Source: Sphingomonas sp. (GTDB lineage Bacteria > Pseudomonadota > Alphaproteobacteria > Sphingomonadales > Sphingomonadaceae). From it: a DNA stretch of 64,000 nt. The position numbers and the translations under genes are program-made. The stretch lies in NCBI RefSeq assembly GCF_004799495.1, contig NZ_SSMY01000008.1, positions 215,690-279,689 on the forward strand, given 5' to 3'. The notes beneath the pieces are model-generated. The model did not search any database and was not told the DNA's origin. It saw only the letters and a list, made by a program, of their open reading frames with translations. Shown piece after piece: positions 53,165 through 62,345 of this stretch. Each line of letters starts with the position of its first letter. Within the stretch, counting starts at the first letter, position 1.

Positions 53165-54124
53165 TCAGCCCGTCCGGCGCGGCGGAGCCGCCGAAAAGCA
53201 GTATTCCAGGCCGGTTTCCGGGTGTCGCGGGGTGCACAGGACGTCGCCGAGCATCGTCGCCTGTCCCGTATCGAGCAGGTGAACCGCGTCGGCCACGGCA
53301 CCGCCGCGCAACTCCGCGCCCGGGTCGAGCCGCGCGACACAGCGTTCGAGCAAGCGCCGGCGCACTTCGAACGGCAGGTCGCCGGCAGCGATCGTCGACC
53401 CGTCCGCGTCGTGCCGGCACACCTCCACCTCAAGCCGACGCACCATCCATGCGATCGCATCCTCGGCGTCGCCCAGCGCGCGCGCGCTCGCCCCAACGCG
53501 GTCGATGTCGAGCCAGTCGATCCGTCCCAGCGCCTTGCGCAGCCGCGCGCGGTCGAAGCGGTCGCTAACGTTGCTGGGGTCGTCGATCGCGGCGATGCCG
53601 TGCTCCGCGACCAGGGCGACCAATTCGGCATGGCGCCACCCGAGCAAGGGCCGGATAATGCGGCCGACTCGCGCGCGCACCCCGGCAAGCCCCGCCACCC
53701 CGGCGCCGCGGTTGAGCCGCATGATCAATGTCTCGAGCTGATCATCGGCGTGATGCGCGGTCGCGATTACACCCGCGCCGATCGCATCGGCATGATATTC
53801 GAGCAGGCGGTAGCGTAGCGCGCGGGCGCGTGCCGACACGTTGGCGGTGCGGCCGGCGCGGTCGGGCAGTGGCGCGGTCAGGATCGCGTGGTCGATCCCG
53901 CGCGCCGCGCACAGATGGGCGACCCACTTCGCTTCGTCGGTCGCTTCGGGACGCAGGCCATGATCGACCGTCGCGGCGTGGCAGCGGGTCCCCAGCGCGG
54001 CATGCGCTAGCAGCAGAAGCGCGAGGCTGTCCGGGCCGCCCGACACCGCGACGAGCACGCGCGCGTCCGGGTCGGCCAGCGCGGCGAGGTCGCGCACGAA
54101 CCGCGCGACCTCATCCGCGCTCAA
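53165..54124 (-). CDS. tilS: tRNA(Ile)-lysidine synthetase
   Basis: AVSGGPDSLAL, VDHGLR, AR..RY, AHHADDQLET, DDPSN..DRFDR; TTG start chosen next to the cpoB stop (start uncertain). Confidence 0.93.
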   Translation of the reverse strand: MSADEVARFVRDLAALADPDARVLVAVSGGPDSLALLLLAHAALGTRCHAATVDHGLRPEATDEAKWVAHLCAARGIDHAILTAPLPDRAGRTANVSARARALRYRLLEYHADAIGAGVIATAHHADDQLETLIMRLNRGAGVAGLAGVRARVGRIIRPLLGWRHAELVALVAEHGIAAIDDPSNVSDRFDRARLRKALGRIDWLDIDRVGASARALGDAEDAIAWMVRRLEVEVCRHDADGSTIAAGDLPFEVRRRLLERCVARLDPGAELRGGAVADAVHLLDTGQATMLGDVLCTPRHPETGLEYCFSAAPPRRTG

Positions 54125-54125
54125 T

Positions 54126-55088
54126 TCACTTGCACTTGTAGGTGGCACGGCCCTTGTCGGCATCGGCGCGCTGCGCGGGCGTCAGCTTGTCGCCATAGAC
54201 GTCGCCGAGCTCCTTGTAGACCTGGCAAATGTCGGTCGCCGGCCGCTTGAGCGCGGTCAGCGCACGCGCCAGGTTGAGCAGGCTGTCGGGCGCGCGCTCG
54301 CCGTCGGGCAGCTTCGAATAATTGGCGTAGAAGATTTCCGCCGCTTCCTTGGGCTTGCCGTCGTCGAGGTAGATCAGCCCGAGTACGTTCTGCGCGCGGC
54401 TGACCAGCCGGTGCTTGGGAAAGCGCGTGGCGTATTTGTCGAGCTGCGTCTCGGCCTCGGGGTACAGTCCCGCCTTCCACAGGCGATAGCCGTAATTATA
54501 GGCATAAGTACCCTTGTCCGCGGCGTCGGCGCCAGTCGGCTTGGGCACGGCGGCGACGCGATCGGCGCGGCCGGAATCGACGGCGGGCGCGGGCTTGGGC
54601 GTCGTCGCCGCGGGCCGCGTCGGGCGTACGGGGGCGGGGCCGTCGGACACCGCTGCGGGCGGCTCGGCGCTCGCGCGGCCATCCTCCAGCGCGCGCAGCC
54701 GGGCGTCGGTCGCCTTCTTGTACGCCGCGAAATCGGCTTCGAGCAGTTGCAGCCGGTGCTCGGCGGTCTCGACCCGGTTGGTGAGGCCGTTGACCTCTCC
54801 CTCGACGCCAGCGACCCGCGCCTGCAGGTCGGCGAGCGGCGCGGTCGCCGGGGTGCCAGCGGGCGACACCGCGCCGTCGGGCGGGCCGATATCGGGCTGG
54901 ACCATCGGCGTGCCGCCGGTGGTGCGGCCGATCACGCGCTCGACCGTGTTGAGCCGCTTTTCGACCTGCGACACGCGCGCGTCGAGCGACATCGCCTGCC
55001 CTTGCCCCGAATTCTGCGCGTCGACCGGCGCGGCGAGCACCAGCCCGCCTGCGATCGCCCCCAGCATCACAAATTTACGCATACCCAT
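54126..55088 (-). CDS. cpoB: Tol-Pal-associated TPR protein CpoB/YbgF
   Basis: Signal peptide, coiled coil, C-terminal TPR (YAYNYGYRLW, APDSLLNLA); cpoB-tilS-ftsH order. Confidence 0.82.
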   Translation of the reverse strand: MGMRKFVMLGAIAGGLVLAAPVDAQNSGQGQAMSLDARVSQVEKRLNTVERVIGRTTGGTPMVQPDIGPPDGAVSPAGTPATAPLADLQARVAGVEGEVNGLTNRVETAEHRLQLLEADFAAYKKATDARLRALEDGRASAEPPAAVSDGPAPVRPTRPAATTPKPAPAVDSGRADRVAAVPKPTGADAADKGTYAYNYGYRLWKAGLYPEAETQLDKYATRFPKHRLVSRAQNVLGLIYLDDGKPKEAAEIFYANYSKLPDGERAPDSLLNLARALTALKRPATDICQVYKELGDVYGDKLTPAQRADADKGRATYKCK

Positions 55089-55146
55089 CCCCGAAATGAC
55101 CCGCGGCGCTCAGCCTATCGCGGATCGTCGCGCCGCGCCACTGCGA

Positions 55147-56106
55147 TCATGGCGCGGGCGTCGGCGCGATACTGGGCGGCAGCAAGTTTTCCGGAGTCGG
55201 CGCCGCTTTCGGGGTCGGCCGTGGCGTCGGGCGCTCGGTCGGGCGCGGCGTGGGCCGGAACGCTGGCGGCACGGCCGACGAGGCGGCCGGGCTCGGCGCG
55301 ACGACGGGCGGCGGCGTGGCGGCGGGAGCGGCCGTCGGCGCGCTCGTCCCGCGCGCCTGGAGCGCGGCGGCGCTGATCGGCACGTCCTTGATCGCGACCC
55401 GGCCGGTGCCGAGCGGCGGCACCGACGAGCCGTTGACCGTCACCTGGATCTGGTCGGGTCGCCCGGTGGTGATCATCGGGTTGTTGGCGTCGGCGGGCAC
55501 GTCGAAGCGCTCGCCCTGCGCCATGGTCTTTTCGAGCAAGGTCTTGCCGGTCGCGTCATAGATTTTGACCCATACGGCGGAGGTCGCGGTCAGCGTCACT
55601 TGTCCGCCGCCGACCGGGGTCGGGGTTGCTTCGGGAGCGGCGGCGATGGTGTTCTCGGGCGGGATTGCCAAGGGTTCTTCCGATCCGCGGAACAGGCCGG
55701 TGCCGTACCAGATCGCCACCCCGACCAATAACAGCACCGCGATCGCGCCCGCGGCCATCGCGACGCTGCGCGACGGCAGATGCTTGGTGTCGCGCGGCTG
55801 ATACGCTTCATAGTCGGTGGTCGGCGCGACCGGCAGATGCGGGTTGTTGCGCACCTCGTTCGCGATCGCCTTTTCGTCGAGCCCGACGGCACGCGCGTAG
55901 GCCTTGGCGAAACCGATCGCATAGGTGGGCGAGGGCAGGCCGCTATAATCACCCGCCTCGATCGCTTCGAGGTGGCGCATCGGCACGCGCGTCCGGCCGG
56001 CGATGTCGGACAGCGTCAGGCCAAGTCCCTCGCGCGCCTCGCGCAACTTGTCGCCGGTGCTCTTGGGAAACAGCGATTCCTGCTGCGCGGTCTGATCGTC
56101 GTCCAT
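55147..56106 (-). CDS. rodZ: RodZ-like HTH/TM/DUF4115 protein
   Basis: G.KLREARE..GL.L.DIA..TRV...LEAIE, YA.GFAKAYA, TM, VW..IYD, Pro-rich tail. Confidence 0.8.
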   Translation of the reverse strand: MDDDQTAQQESLFPKSTGDKLREAREGLGLTLSDIAGRTRVPMRHLEAIEAGDYSGLPSPTYAIGFAKAYARAVGLDEKAIANEVRNNPHLPVAPTTDYEAYQPRDTKHLPSRSVAMAAGAIAVLLLVGVAIWYGTGLFRGSEEPLAIPPENTIAAAPEATPTPVGGGQVTLTATSAVWVKIYDATGKTLLEKTMAQGERFDVPADANNPMITTGRPDQIQVTVNGSSVPPLGTGRVAIKDVPISAAALQARGTSAPTAAPAATPPPVVAPSPAASSAVPPAFRPTPRPTERPTPRPTPKAAPTPENLLPPSIAPTPAP

Positions 56107-56218
56107 ATCGCTCTCCGGCACCGGGAGGTGCGACCCTCGAATGGCCCGCTGCCGGAGCAGGCTGTCGGCCAAAGCCTTGCCGCCTGTCAACGTCCCGTCG
56201 ATGCGGTCCGTCGCCGAT

Positions 56219-58495
56219 TCAGGCGAGCTCGACGCCGTTTTCGTTCGCCCAGCGCGTCAGGTGCCCGCGCAGGTCGCGCGGCGGGGCGGCGAGCAGGCGG
56301 TCGAGCTCGGCCACGATCGCACCGCGGTCGAGGCTGCGCACCATCGCTTTTATCGGGCCGACCGCGGCCGGGGTGATCGACAGCCGCTCGATCCCGAGTC
56401 CGATCAGCGCCATCGCCTCCAAGGGTCGCCCGCCCATTTCGCCGCACACCGCCAGCGTCACCCCGGCATCGCGGCACGGCGCGACGACTCGCTTGAGGAA
56501 GCGCAGGATCGACGGGCTCAGCCAATCGTAGCGCTCGGCGAGCTTGGGGTTGGCCCGGTCGGCGGCGAACAGGAATTGCGTCAGGTCGTTGGTGCCGACC
56601 GAGAGGAATTGCAGGTTGGGGAGCAGCAGGTCGAGTTGCTCGGCCAGCCCCGGCACTTCGAGCATCGCGCCGTAGCGAATCTCGGCGGGGAGCCGCTTGC
56701 CGCGCGCGCCGAGCCATTCGCGCTGCGCCTCGAACAGCGCCTTGGCCTCGTCGAATTCCCACGGCTCGCTGACCATCGGGAACATGACGTTGAGTGTGCG
56801 GCCCCCGGCGGCCTCGATCAGCGCGCGCGCCTGCGCCTTCATCAGCCCGCCGCGTTCGAGCGCGAGCCTGAGCGCGCGCCATCCCATCGCGGGGTTCTCC
56901 TCGATCTCGTCGTGCGTGTTGAGGTACGGGAGCGCCTTGTCGCCGCCGATATCGACCGTGCGGAACACCACCGGCTTGTCGCCCGCCGCGTCAAGCACGT
57001 CCTTGTACAGCCGCAACTGGCGCTCGCGCTGGGGGAGCGTCGCCGAGACGAGGAACTGGAACTCGGTGCGGAACAGCCCGATCCCGTCGGCGCCGGTCAC
57101 GTCGAGCGCCGCCACGTCGTCGCGCAGCCCCGCGTTGCACATCACCGTCAGCCGCGTGCCGTCCTTCGTGACAGGTGCCTCGGCCTTGAGCGCGGCGAAC
57201 GCGGCGCGGCGTTTCTGGCGGAGGATCAATTTGGCGTCGAATGCCTCCTCCATCGCCGCCGAGGGGCGGACCAGCGCCGAGCCGCTGTCGGTCACGTCGA
57301 GCAGCAGCAGGTCGCCGTCGCCGACGTGCTGGCGCACGCTGCGCACGCGGCCGAGCACGGGCACGCCCATGGCGCGCGCGACGATGATGACGTGCGCGGT
57401 CAGCGACCCTTCCTCGAGGATCACGCCCTTCAGCCGCCGCCGGTCGTATTCGAGCAGCTCGGCGGGGCCGAGGTTGCGCGCGACCAGGATCGTGTCCTGC
57501 CTGAGGCCCAGTTGCGCCGCCGTCCCCATCTGTCCCGACACGATGCGAAGCAACCGGTTGGACAGGTCTTCGAGGTCGTGCATCCGGTCCTGGAGCAGCG
57601 GATCGCCGATCTGGCGCATCCGCATCCGTGTGCGCTGCTGGACGCGCTCGATCGCGGCTTCGGCGGTCAGGCCGCTGTCGATCGCCTCGTTGATCCGCCG
57701 GCTCCAGCCCTCGTCGTACGCGAACATCTTGTACATCGCGAGCACCTCGTCGTGCTCGCCGCCGACACCGAACTCGGCTTGGGCCGCCATCTTGTCGATC
57801 TGCTCGCGCATCTTGTCGAACGCGGCGTAGACGCGGTGGCGCTCGGCCTCGGTGTCCTCGGCGACGGTGTGCTCGATCGTGATGCGCGGCTGGTGATAGA
57901 CCGCGTGGCCGATCCCCATCCCCTCGACCAGCTTGAGCCCATCGAGCCGGATCGAGGCGGTCGATGGTGGGCGCGACGCGGCGTCGCTGCGCTGGTCGAC
58001 GAGGCCGGCGCTGGCGATCAGTTCGCTCAGCACCATCGCGACGGTTTGCAGCGCCTCGATCTCGACGTCTTCATACTTGCGCGGGTCGACGTGCTGGACC
58101 GCGAGCACGCCGATCGCGCGCTCACGGCGGATGATCGGCACCCCGGCGAAGCTGTGGAATTCGTCTTCGCCGGTTTCGGGACGATAGGCGAAATCGGGGT
58201 GCGCCGCCGCTTCGTCGAGGTTCAGCGTCTCGACATTCTGCGCGATCGTGCCGACGAGACCCTCGCCGGGCGCGAGCTTGGTGACGTGCACCGCGGCTTG
58301 GTCGAGGCCGCGCGTGGCGTAGAGCTCGAGCAGCCCCTCGCGCAACAGGTAGATCGAGCAGACCTCGCTATCGAGCGCTTCGCCGATGATCCGGACGACC
58401 GCATCGAGCTTCGCTTGCGGGCTCGACCGCGCCGCCATCACCTCATGGAGGTTGACGAGGATCTCGCGGGCGGAGGCAGCGGCGGTGACGGCCAT
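56219..58495 (-). CDS. ptsP: PTS(Ntr) enzyme I
   Basis: N-terminal GAF (EVCSIYL), phospho-His TAHV, GIGLFRTEF, RT.DIGGDK, GTNDLTQF, VCGEMGG. Confidence 0.97.
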   Translation of the reverse strand: MAVTAAASAREILVNLHEVMAARSSPQAKLDAVVRIIGEALDSEVCSIYLLREGLLELYATRGLDQAAVHVTKLAPGEGLVGTIAQNVETLNLDEAAAHPDFAYRPETGEDEFHSFAGVPIIRRERAIGVLAVQHVDPRKYEDVEIEALQTVAMVLSELIASAGLVDQRSDAASRPPSTASIRLDGLKLVEGMGIGHAVYHQPRITIEHTVAEDTEAERHRVYAAFDKMREQIDKMAAQAEFGVGGEHDEVLAMYKMFAYDEGWSRRINEAIDSGLTAEAAIERVQQRTRMRMRQIGDPLLQDRMHDLEDLSNRLLRIVSGQMGTAAQLGLRQDTILVARNLGPAELLEYDRRRLKGVILEEGSLTAHVIIVARAMGVPVLGRVRSVRQHVGDGDLLLLDVTDSGSALVRPSAAMEEAFDAKLILRQKRRAAFAALKAEAPVTKDGTRLTVMCNAGLRDDVAALDVTGADGIGLFRTEFQFLVSATLPQRERQLRLYKDVLDAAGDKPVVFRTVDIGGDKALPYLNTHDEIEENPAMGWRALRLALERGGLMKAQARALIEAAGGRTLNVMFPMVSEPWEFDEAKALFEAQREWLGARGKRLPAEIRYGAMLEVPGLAEQLDLLLPNLQFLSVGTNDLTQFLFAADRANPKLAERYDWLSPSILRFLKRVVAPCRDAGVTLAVCGEMGGRPLEAMALIGLGIERLSITPAAVGPIKAMVRSLDRGAIVAELDRLLAAPPRDLRGHLTRWANENGVELA

Positions 58496-58537
58496 GCCGA
58501 CCCGCTAACAGATCGCTGTCCCCGCCGCGATAGGCGA

Positions 58538-59113
58538 TTACCGATTCAGGCCCGACGGCCCGACCGGCACCGCCGCGGAGATCGCCAGCACCGCAGCCGG
58601 TGCCGGATCGGCCGCCGCGAGCTGGTCCTGTGGTGGGCTCCAGAACGGTGCGTCGAGCGCGGGCATTTCGGCCACCGCGAAATCGGCGAGGTTTGCCGGA
58701 TCGACGCTCGCGACCTGCGCGAGCACGGTCTTGGCGGTGGCGCAGAATTCCGCCTGCGCCGCCGGTTGCGCATAATAATTGTAGAGCCTGGTCATGTCGC
58801 GATCGAGCGCGCTTTGCCACGACGCACCATATTGCGCCTTGTAATGCGCGTCGACCGCGGCGCCGGCGGCGGCGAGCGCGGCGGTCTGGCCGTGGATCAG
58901 CGCGTTATATTCGGCGATCGTCGTGACCTCGTCGGCGTCGCGGCAGCCGAGGGCGGCGACGTTGAGCGCGGCACGCAGGTGCCACAGGCTTTCGAGCGGC
59001 GAGAGATTGGCGGAGACGACCGCCGGCTTGAACGTCTCTGCGGCGGCGGGCGCCCCCGCGACCAAGGCGCCGGCGGCCAGCCCGGCCGACAGTAAGGTAT
59101 GAACGATACGCAT
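58538..59113 (-). CDS. Exported hypothetical protein
   Basis: Signal peptide; LWHLRAALNVAALGC, TRLYNYYAQP...FC. Confidence 0.7.
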   Translation of the reverse strand: MRIVHTLLSAGLAAGALVAGAPAAAETFKPAVVSANLSPLESLWHLRAALNVAALGCRDADEVTTIAEYNALIHGQTAALAAAGAAVDAHYKAQYGASWQSALDRDMTRLYNYYAQPAAQAEFCATAKTVLAQVASVDPANLADFAVAEMPALDAPFWSPPQDQLAAADPAPAAVLAISAAVPVGPSGLNR

Positions 59114-59236
59114 GATACAACCCCCTCACGCGCCGCCCCGTTGCAGCGCGAAGGCGAGGGTCACCTCGACTCGGGCAACAAGTCCTTCAAAAGCGGCGTT
59201 AACCGCCCGCTTACGACGATTGTCGGGGAACCTTTT

Positions 59237-59815
59237 TCAGTGCAGCGTTTCGCCCGCCGTGCACATCGCGACGAACTTTGCGATTCGGCGCTCACGCGTT
59301 TCGGGCTTCTTCGCGGTCTGGACGCGGTAAAGGATTGCGTAGCGGTTCGCGCCGGTCAGTGTGTCGAAAAACACGCGCGCCTTGGGGTCTGCATCGAGCG
59401 CGGCCTTGAGGTCGGCGGGCTCGGTCGCGGTCGAGGCGGGGGCATAGGCCGCGTCCCAGCGTCCATCCGCCTTCGCCGCGTCGATCTCGGCGCGCCCCGC
59501 CGCCGACACACGGCCCGCCGCCAGCAGTTCATCCGCTCGCGCGCGGTTCTTCTTCGACCATTTGCTCGCCCGTTTGCGCGGAGTGAAGCGCGTCAGGAAC
59601 CAGGCATGGTCGTACTTGTCGATCTGCCCGTCGATCCAGCCATGGCACAGCGCGCCGTCGATCGCCTGCGCCTTGGTCAGCGATGATACGGCGTTCCCTG
59701 CCTTGGCCAGCTTGAGCCACAGGCCGGCGGCGTCACGCGGTTGCTCGGCCAGCCACGCCTCCCACGCGGCGAGGTCGGCGAAATCGAGGATCGGCAGGCC
59801 GGCTTTGGTTTCCAC
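59237..59815 (-). CDS. YdeI/OmpD-associated family protein
   Basis: W..WL, ALCHGWIDG, RFTPRK..SKWS.KN, G.W..AY, FF..L...NRY.I...V..AKKPETR.RRI. Confidence 0.9.
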   Translation of the reverse strand: METKAGLPILDFADLAAWEAWLAEQPRDAAGLWLKLAKAGNAVSSLTKAQAIDGALCHGWIDGQIDKYDHAWFLTRFTPRKRASKWSKKNRARADELLAAGRVSAAGRAEIDAAKADGRWDAAYAPASTATEPADLKAALDADPKARVFFDTLTGANRYAILYRVQTAKKPETRERRIAKFVAMCTAGETLH

Positions 59816-59839
59816 GCGCGCAAACCTGCATCACCCCGC

Positions 59840-59898
59840 TTGACTCCGCAAACACTGTGCATCATACAGTGTATGTCATACACCATGTGAGGCACAGT
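59840..59898 (+). promoter_or_regulatory. Sigma70 promoter of padR with nested inverted repeats (putative PadR operators)
   Basis: TTGACT-N17-CATACA; inverted repeats ACACTGT-N7-ACAGTGT (59852-72), GTGTATG-T-CATACAC (59869-83) and outer ACTGTGC/GCACAGT (59854-98). Confidence 0.75.
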
Positions 59899-59899
59899 C

Positions 59900-60241
59900 T
59901 TGGCCGTCGACGATGACCTGTTCGAAAAAATGCGCGTCGAGCTCCGGCGCGGGTCGCTGGTGCTCGCGGTACTCGGGGCGCTGCGCGAGGAACGCTACGG
60001 CTACACGCTACGCCAGAGCCTGGAGGAAGCGGGGCTGCCGATCGACGAAGGCGCGCTCTACCCGCTGCTGCGCCGGCTCGAAGCGCAGGGCCTGTTGACC
60101 AGCGAATGGCGCGAGGACGCCAAGCGCACCAAGCGCTTCTACCGCCTCTCTTCCGTTGGCGTGGAGACGCTCGCGCAATTGCTCGGCGAATGGAACGCGA
60201 TTTCCGAATCGATCCTGCGCCTCACCGAAAAGGACAAGTGA
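59900..60241 (+). CDS. PadR family regulator
   Basis: ELRRGSL.LAVL, YGY, GALYPLLRRLE..GL, KRFYRL...G, W. Confidence 0.93.
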   Translation: MAVDDDLFEKMRVELRRGSLVLAVLGALREERYGYTLRQSLEEAGLPIDEGALYPLLRRLEAQGLLTSEWREDAKRTKRFYRLSSVGVETLAQLLGEWNAISESILRLTEKDK

Positions 60242-61209
60242 TGGACCTCATCGACCGCTACCTGACCGCGATCCGCTGGAACTTGCCGCGCGCGGCCAAT
60301 GCCGACGACGTGATCGCCGAATTGCGCGACCTGATCGCCAGCCGGGTCGAGGACCACGAGGAATCGCTCGGCCGCCCGCTCGACGATAAGGAGATCAGCG
60401 CGCTGCTCCGCGATTTCGGCCATCCTTTGGTCGTTGCCGCGCGCTACGGCACGCAACAATCGCTGATCGGGCCGGACCTGTTCCCATTCTATTGGTTCTC
60501 GCTGAAGGTCGTGCTGGCGCTCAGCGTCGTGTTGCTGATCGTGTCGGGGGCGGGCGACGTCTTGTTCGGCGGGCATCCGGTGCGCGCCTTCGCGCAGGCG
60601 TTCGGCGGCGCGTGGTGGTCGCTGCTCGGCAACGCAGGGTTGGTCACGTTGATCTTCGCAGTGATCGAACGGACGGGCTGGCTGACCGATCACCTCAACC
60701 GCTGGTCGCCGGATCAACTTCCCGACCTGAGCGATTTCACGGTCAAGACCAAGCCCAAGAGCGCGTGGGAGGCGGTATTCGAGATCGCGTTCGGGATCGG
60801 CTTCATCCTGTGGTGGGTCGGGCTGGTCCCGCTGCCGATCGCGTGGAGCAACGTGCAGGGATTGACGCTGATCCCCGATCCCATCTGGACGGCGATGTGG
60901 GGGCCGATCCTCGCGCTGATGCTCGCGCGGCTCGCGTTCAACCTCGTGCAATGGCTGCGCCCGCGCTGGAAAGCCGTGCGGATTGGGCTGAACGTCGCGA
61001 CCACGGCGGGCGCGATCGTGACGCTGGCGCTGATCTACCGCGCCGGTCATTGGGTCACCGCAAGTTCGGCGACGCTGCCCGCGATCAAGGTCGCCGAGAT
61101 CGAGCGCAGCACCAATCTCGGCATCCACTATGCGATCATCGTCATCGGCGTGATCTGGCTATTCCAGTGCGCCAAGGAGATTTGGATAGTCGCGATGGCG
61201 CGGCGCTGA
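60241..61209 (+). CDS. PadR-associated membrane protein (HAAS-like N-terminus)
   Basis: MDLIDRYL...DDVIAELRDLI...L.DFGHP..VAARY, then about 6 TM helices; GTGATG coupling to padR. Confidence 0.78.
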   Translation: MDLIDRYLTAIRWNLPRAANADDVIAELRDLIASRVEDHEESLGRPLDDKEISALLRDFGHPLVVAARYGTQQSLIGPDLFPFYWFSLKVVLALSVVLLIVSGAGDVLFGGHPVRAFAQAFGGAWWSLLGNAGLVTLIFAVIERTGWLTDHLNRWSPDQLPDLSDFTVKTKPKSAWEAVFEIAFGIGFILWWVGLVPLPIAWSNVQGLTLIPDPIWTAMWGPILALMLARLAFNLVQWLRPRWKAVRIGLNVATTAGAIVTLALIYRAGHWVTASSATLPAIKVAEIERSTNLGIHYAIIVIGVIWLFQCAKEIWIVAMARR

Positions 61210-61213
61210 AGGG

Positions 61214-62242
61214 TCAGCCCGCGCGCTTCTCCAGCGCGTGGGCGGCCTCGGCCATCAGTTGCGCGATGATCTCGGCGACCGGCTCTTCCTTCGTAACCAT
61301 GCCCACCGATTGCCCAGCCATCAGGCTGCCATGCTCGACATCGCCGTCGATCACCGCGCGACGCAAAGCCCCCGCCCAGTAATGCTCGATCTGGAGCTGC
61401 GCCTCGAGCATCTCGACCTTGCCCTCGTCGAGCATCTGCGCGACCTCGCGCTGCTTGGCGGTGAAGAGCTCGCCCCCGGCATTCTTGAGCGCGCGGACCG
61501 GGATGACGGGGAGGCGCGGGTCGATCTGGACGCTCGACACCGCGTCGCGCGCGGAGGCGCGGAAGAACGCTTTCTTGAAATTCTCGTGCGCGATCGATTC
61601 GGTCGCGCAGGCGAAGCGTGTGCCGAGCTGGACCCCCGCAGCGCCCATGTCGAGATACGCGCTGATCGCCTCGCCGCGCCCGATCCCGCCGGCGACGAAC
61701 ACCGGCACCTGTTCGGCCACGTCGGGCAGGATTTCCTGCGCGAGCACGCTGGTCGAGACCGGCCCGATATGCCCGCCGGCCTCCATCCCCTCGACCACCA
61801 GCGCGTCGACGCCCGAGCGGATCAGCTTCTTGGCGAGGCTGAGCGCGGGGGCGAAGCAGATCACCTTGGCGCCCGTGTCCTTGATCGCCTCGAGCGACCC
61901 CTTGGGCGGCAGTCCCCCTGCGAGCACGACGTGCGTCACGTCATGCTTCGCGCACACCGCGATCAGGTCGAATAGCATCGGATGCATCGTGATCAGGTTC
62001 ACGCCGAACGGTTTCGACGTCAGCTTCTTGGTCCCCGCAATCTCGGCATCGAGTAGTTCGGGCGTCATCGCGCCGCACGCGATCAGCCCGAACCCGCCCG
62101 CGTTGGAGATCGCCGCGACCAGGTTGCGCTCACTGACCCACGACATCGCCCCGCACAGGATCGCGACCTCCGACCCGAGGAAATCGACGCCGCGGGCCAT
62201 GCGGCGGGCCAGGCGCTCGGCGCCGATCGAGGATGCAGTCAT
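61214..62242 (-). CDS. Nitronate monooxygenase/FabK-like flavin oxidoreductase
   Basis: GAMSWVS, PFGVNL, VEGMEAGGHIG, AGGI..G, GVQLGTRF, MAGQSVG. Confidence 0.92.
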   Translation of the reverse strand: MTASSIGAERLARRMARGVDFLGSEVAILCGAMSWVSERNLVAAISNAGGFGLIACGAMTPELLDAEIAGTKKLTSKPFGVNLITMHPMLFDLIAVCAKHDVTHVVLAGGLPPKGSLEAIKDTGAKVICFAPALSLAKKLIRSGVDALVVEGMEAGGHIGPVSTSVLAQEILPDVAEQVPVFVAGGIGRGEAISAYLDMGAAGVQLGTRFACATESIAHENFKKAFFRASARDAVSSVQIDPRLPVIPVRALKNAGGELFTAKQREVAQMLDEGKVEMLEAQLQIEHYWAGALRRAVIDGDVEHGSLMAGQSVGMVTKEEPVAEIIAQLMAEAAHALEKRAG

Positions 62243-62345
62243 GGCGGCGGGTTAGCCTTCGGCGCGGTCAAGGGGCAAGCGCGGAGTGATCCGCTCCGGA
62301 CTCGGGGGGCTGGCGATTGCCGCCATAGTCCGTAAGAATTGCGCG

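Noticed and set aside
55147-55330. Pro/Thr repeats at the RodZ C-terminus
   Set aside because: Ordinary low-complexity periplasmic tail, not a DNA repeat array.
59199-59214. CtrA-like site upstream of the exported hypothetical gene
   Set aside because: Half-site spacing is 8 rather than 7 nt.
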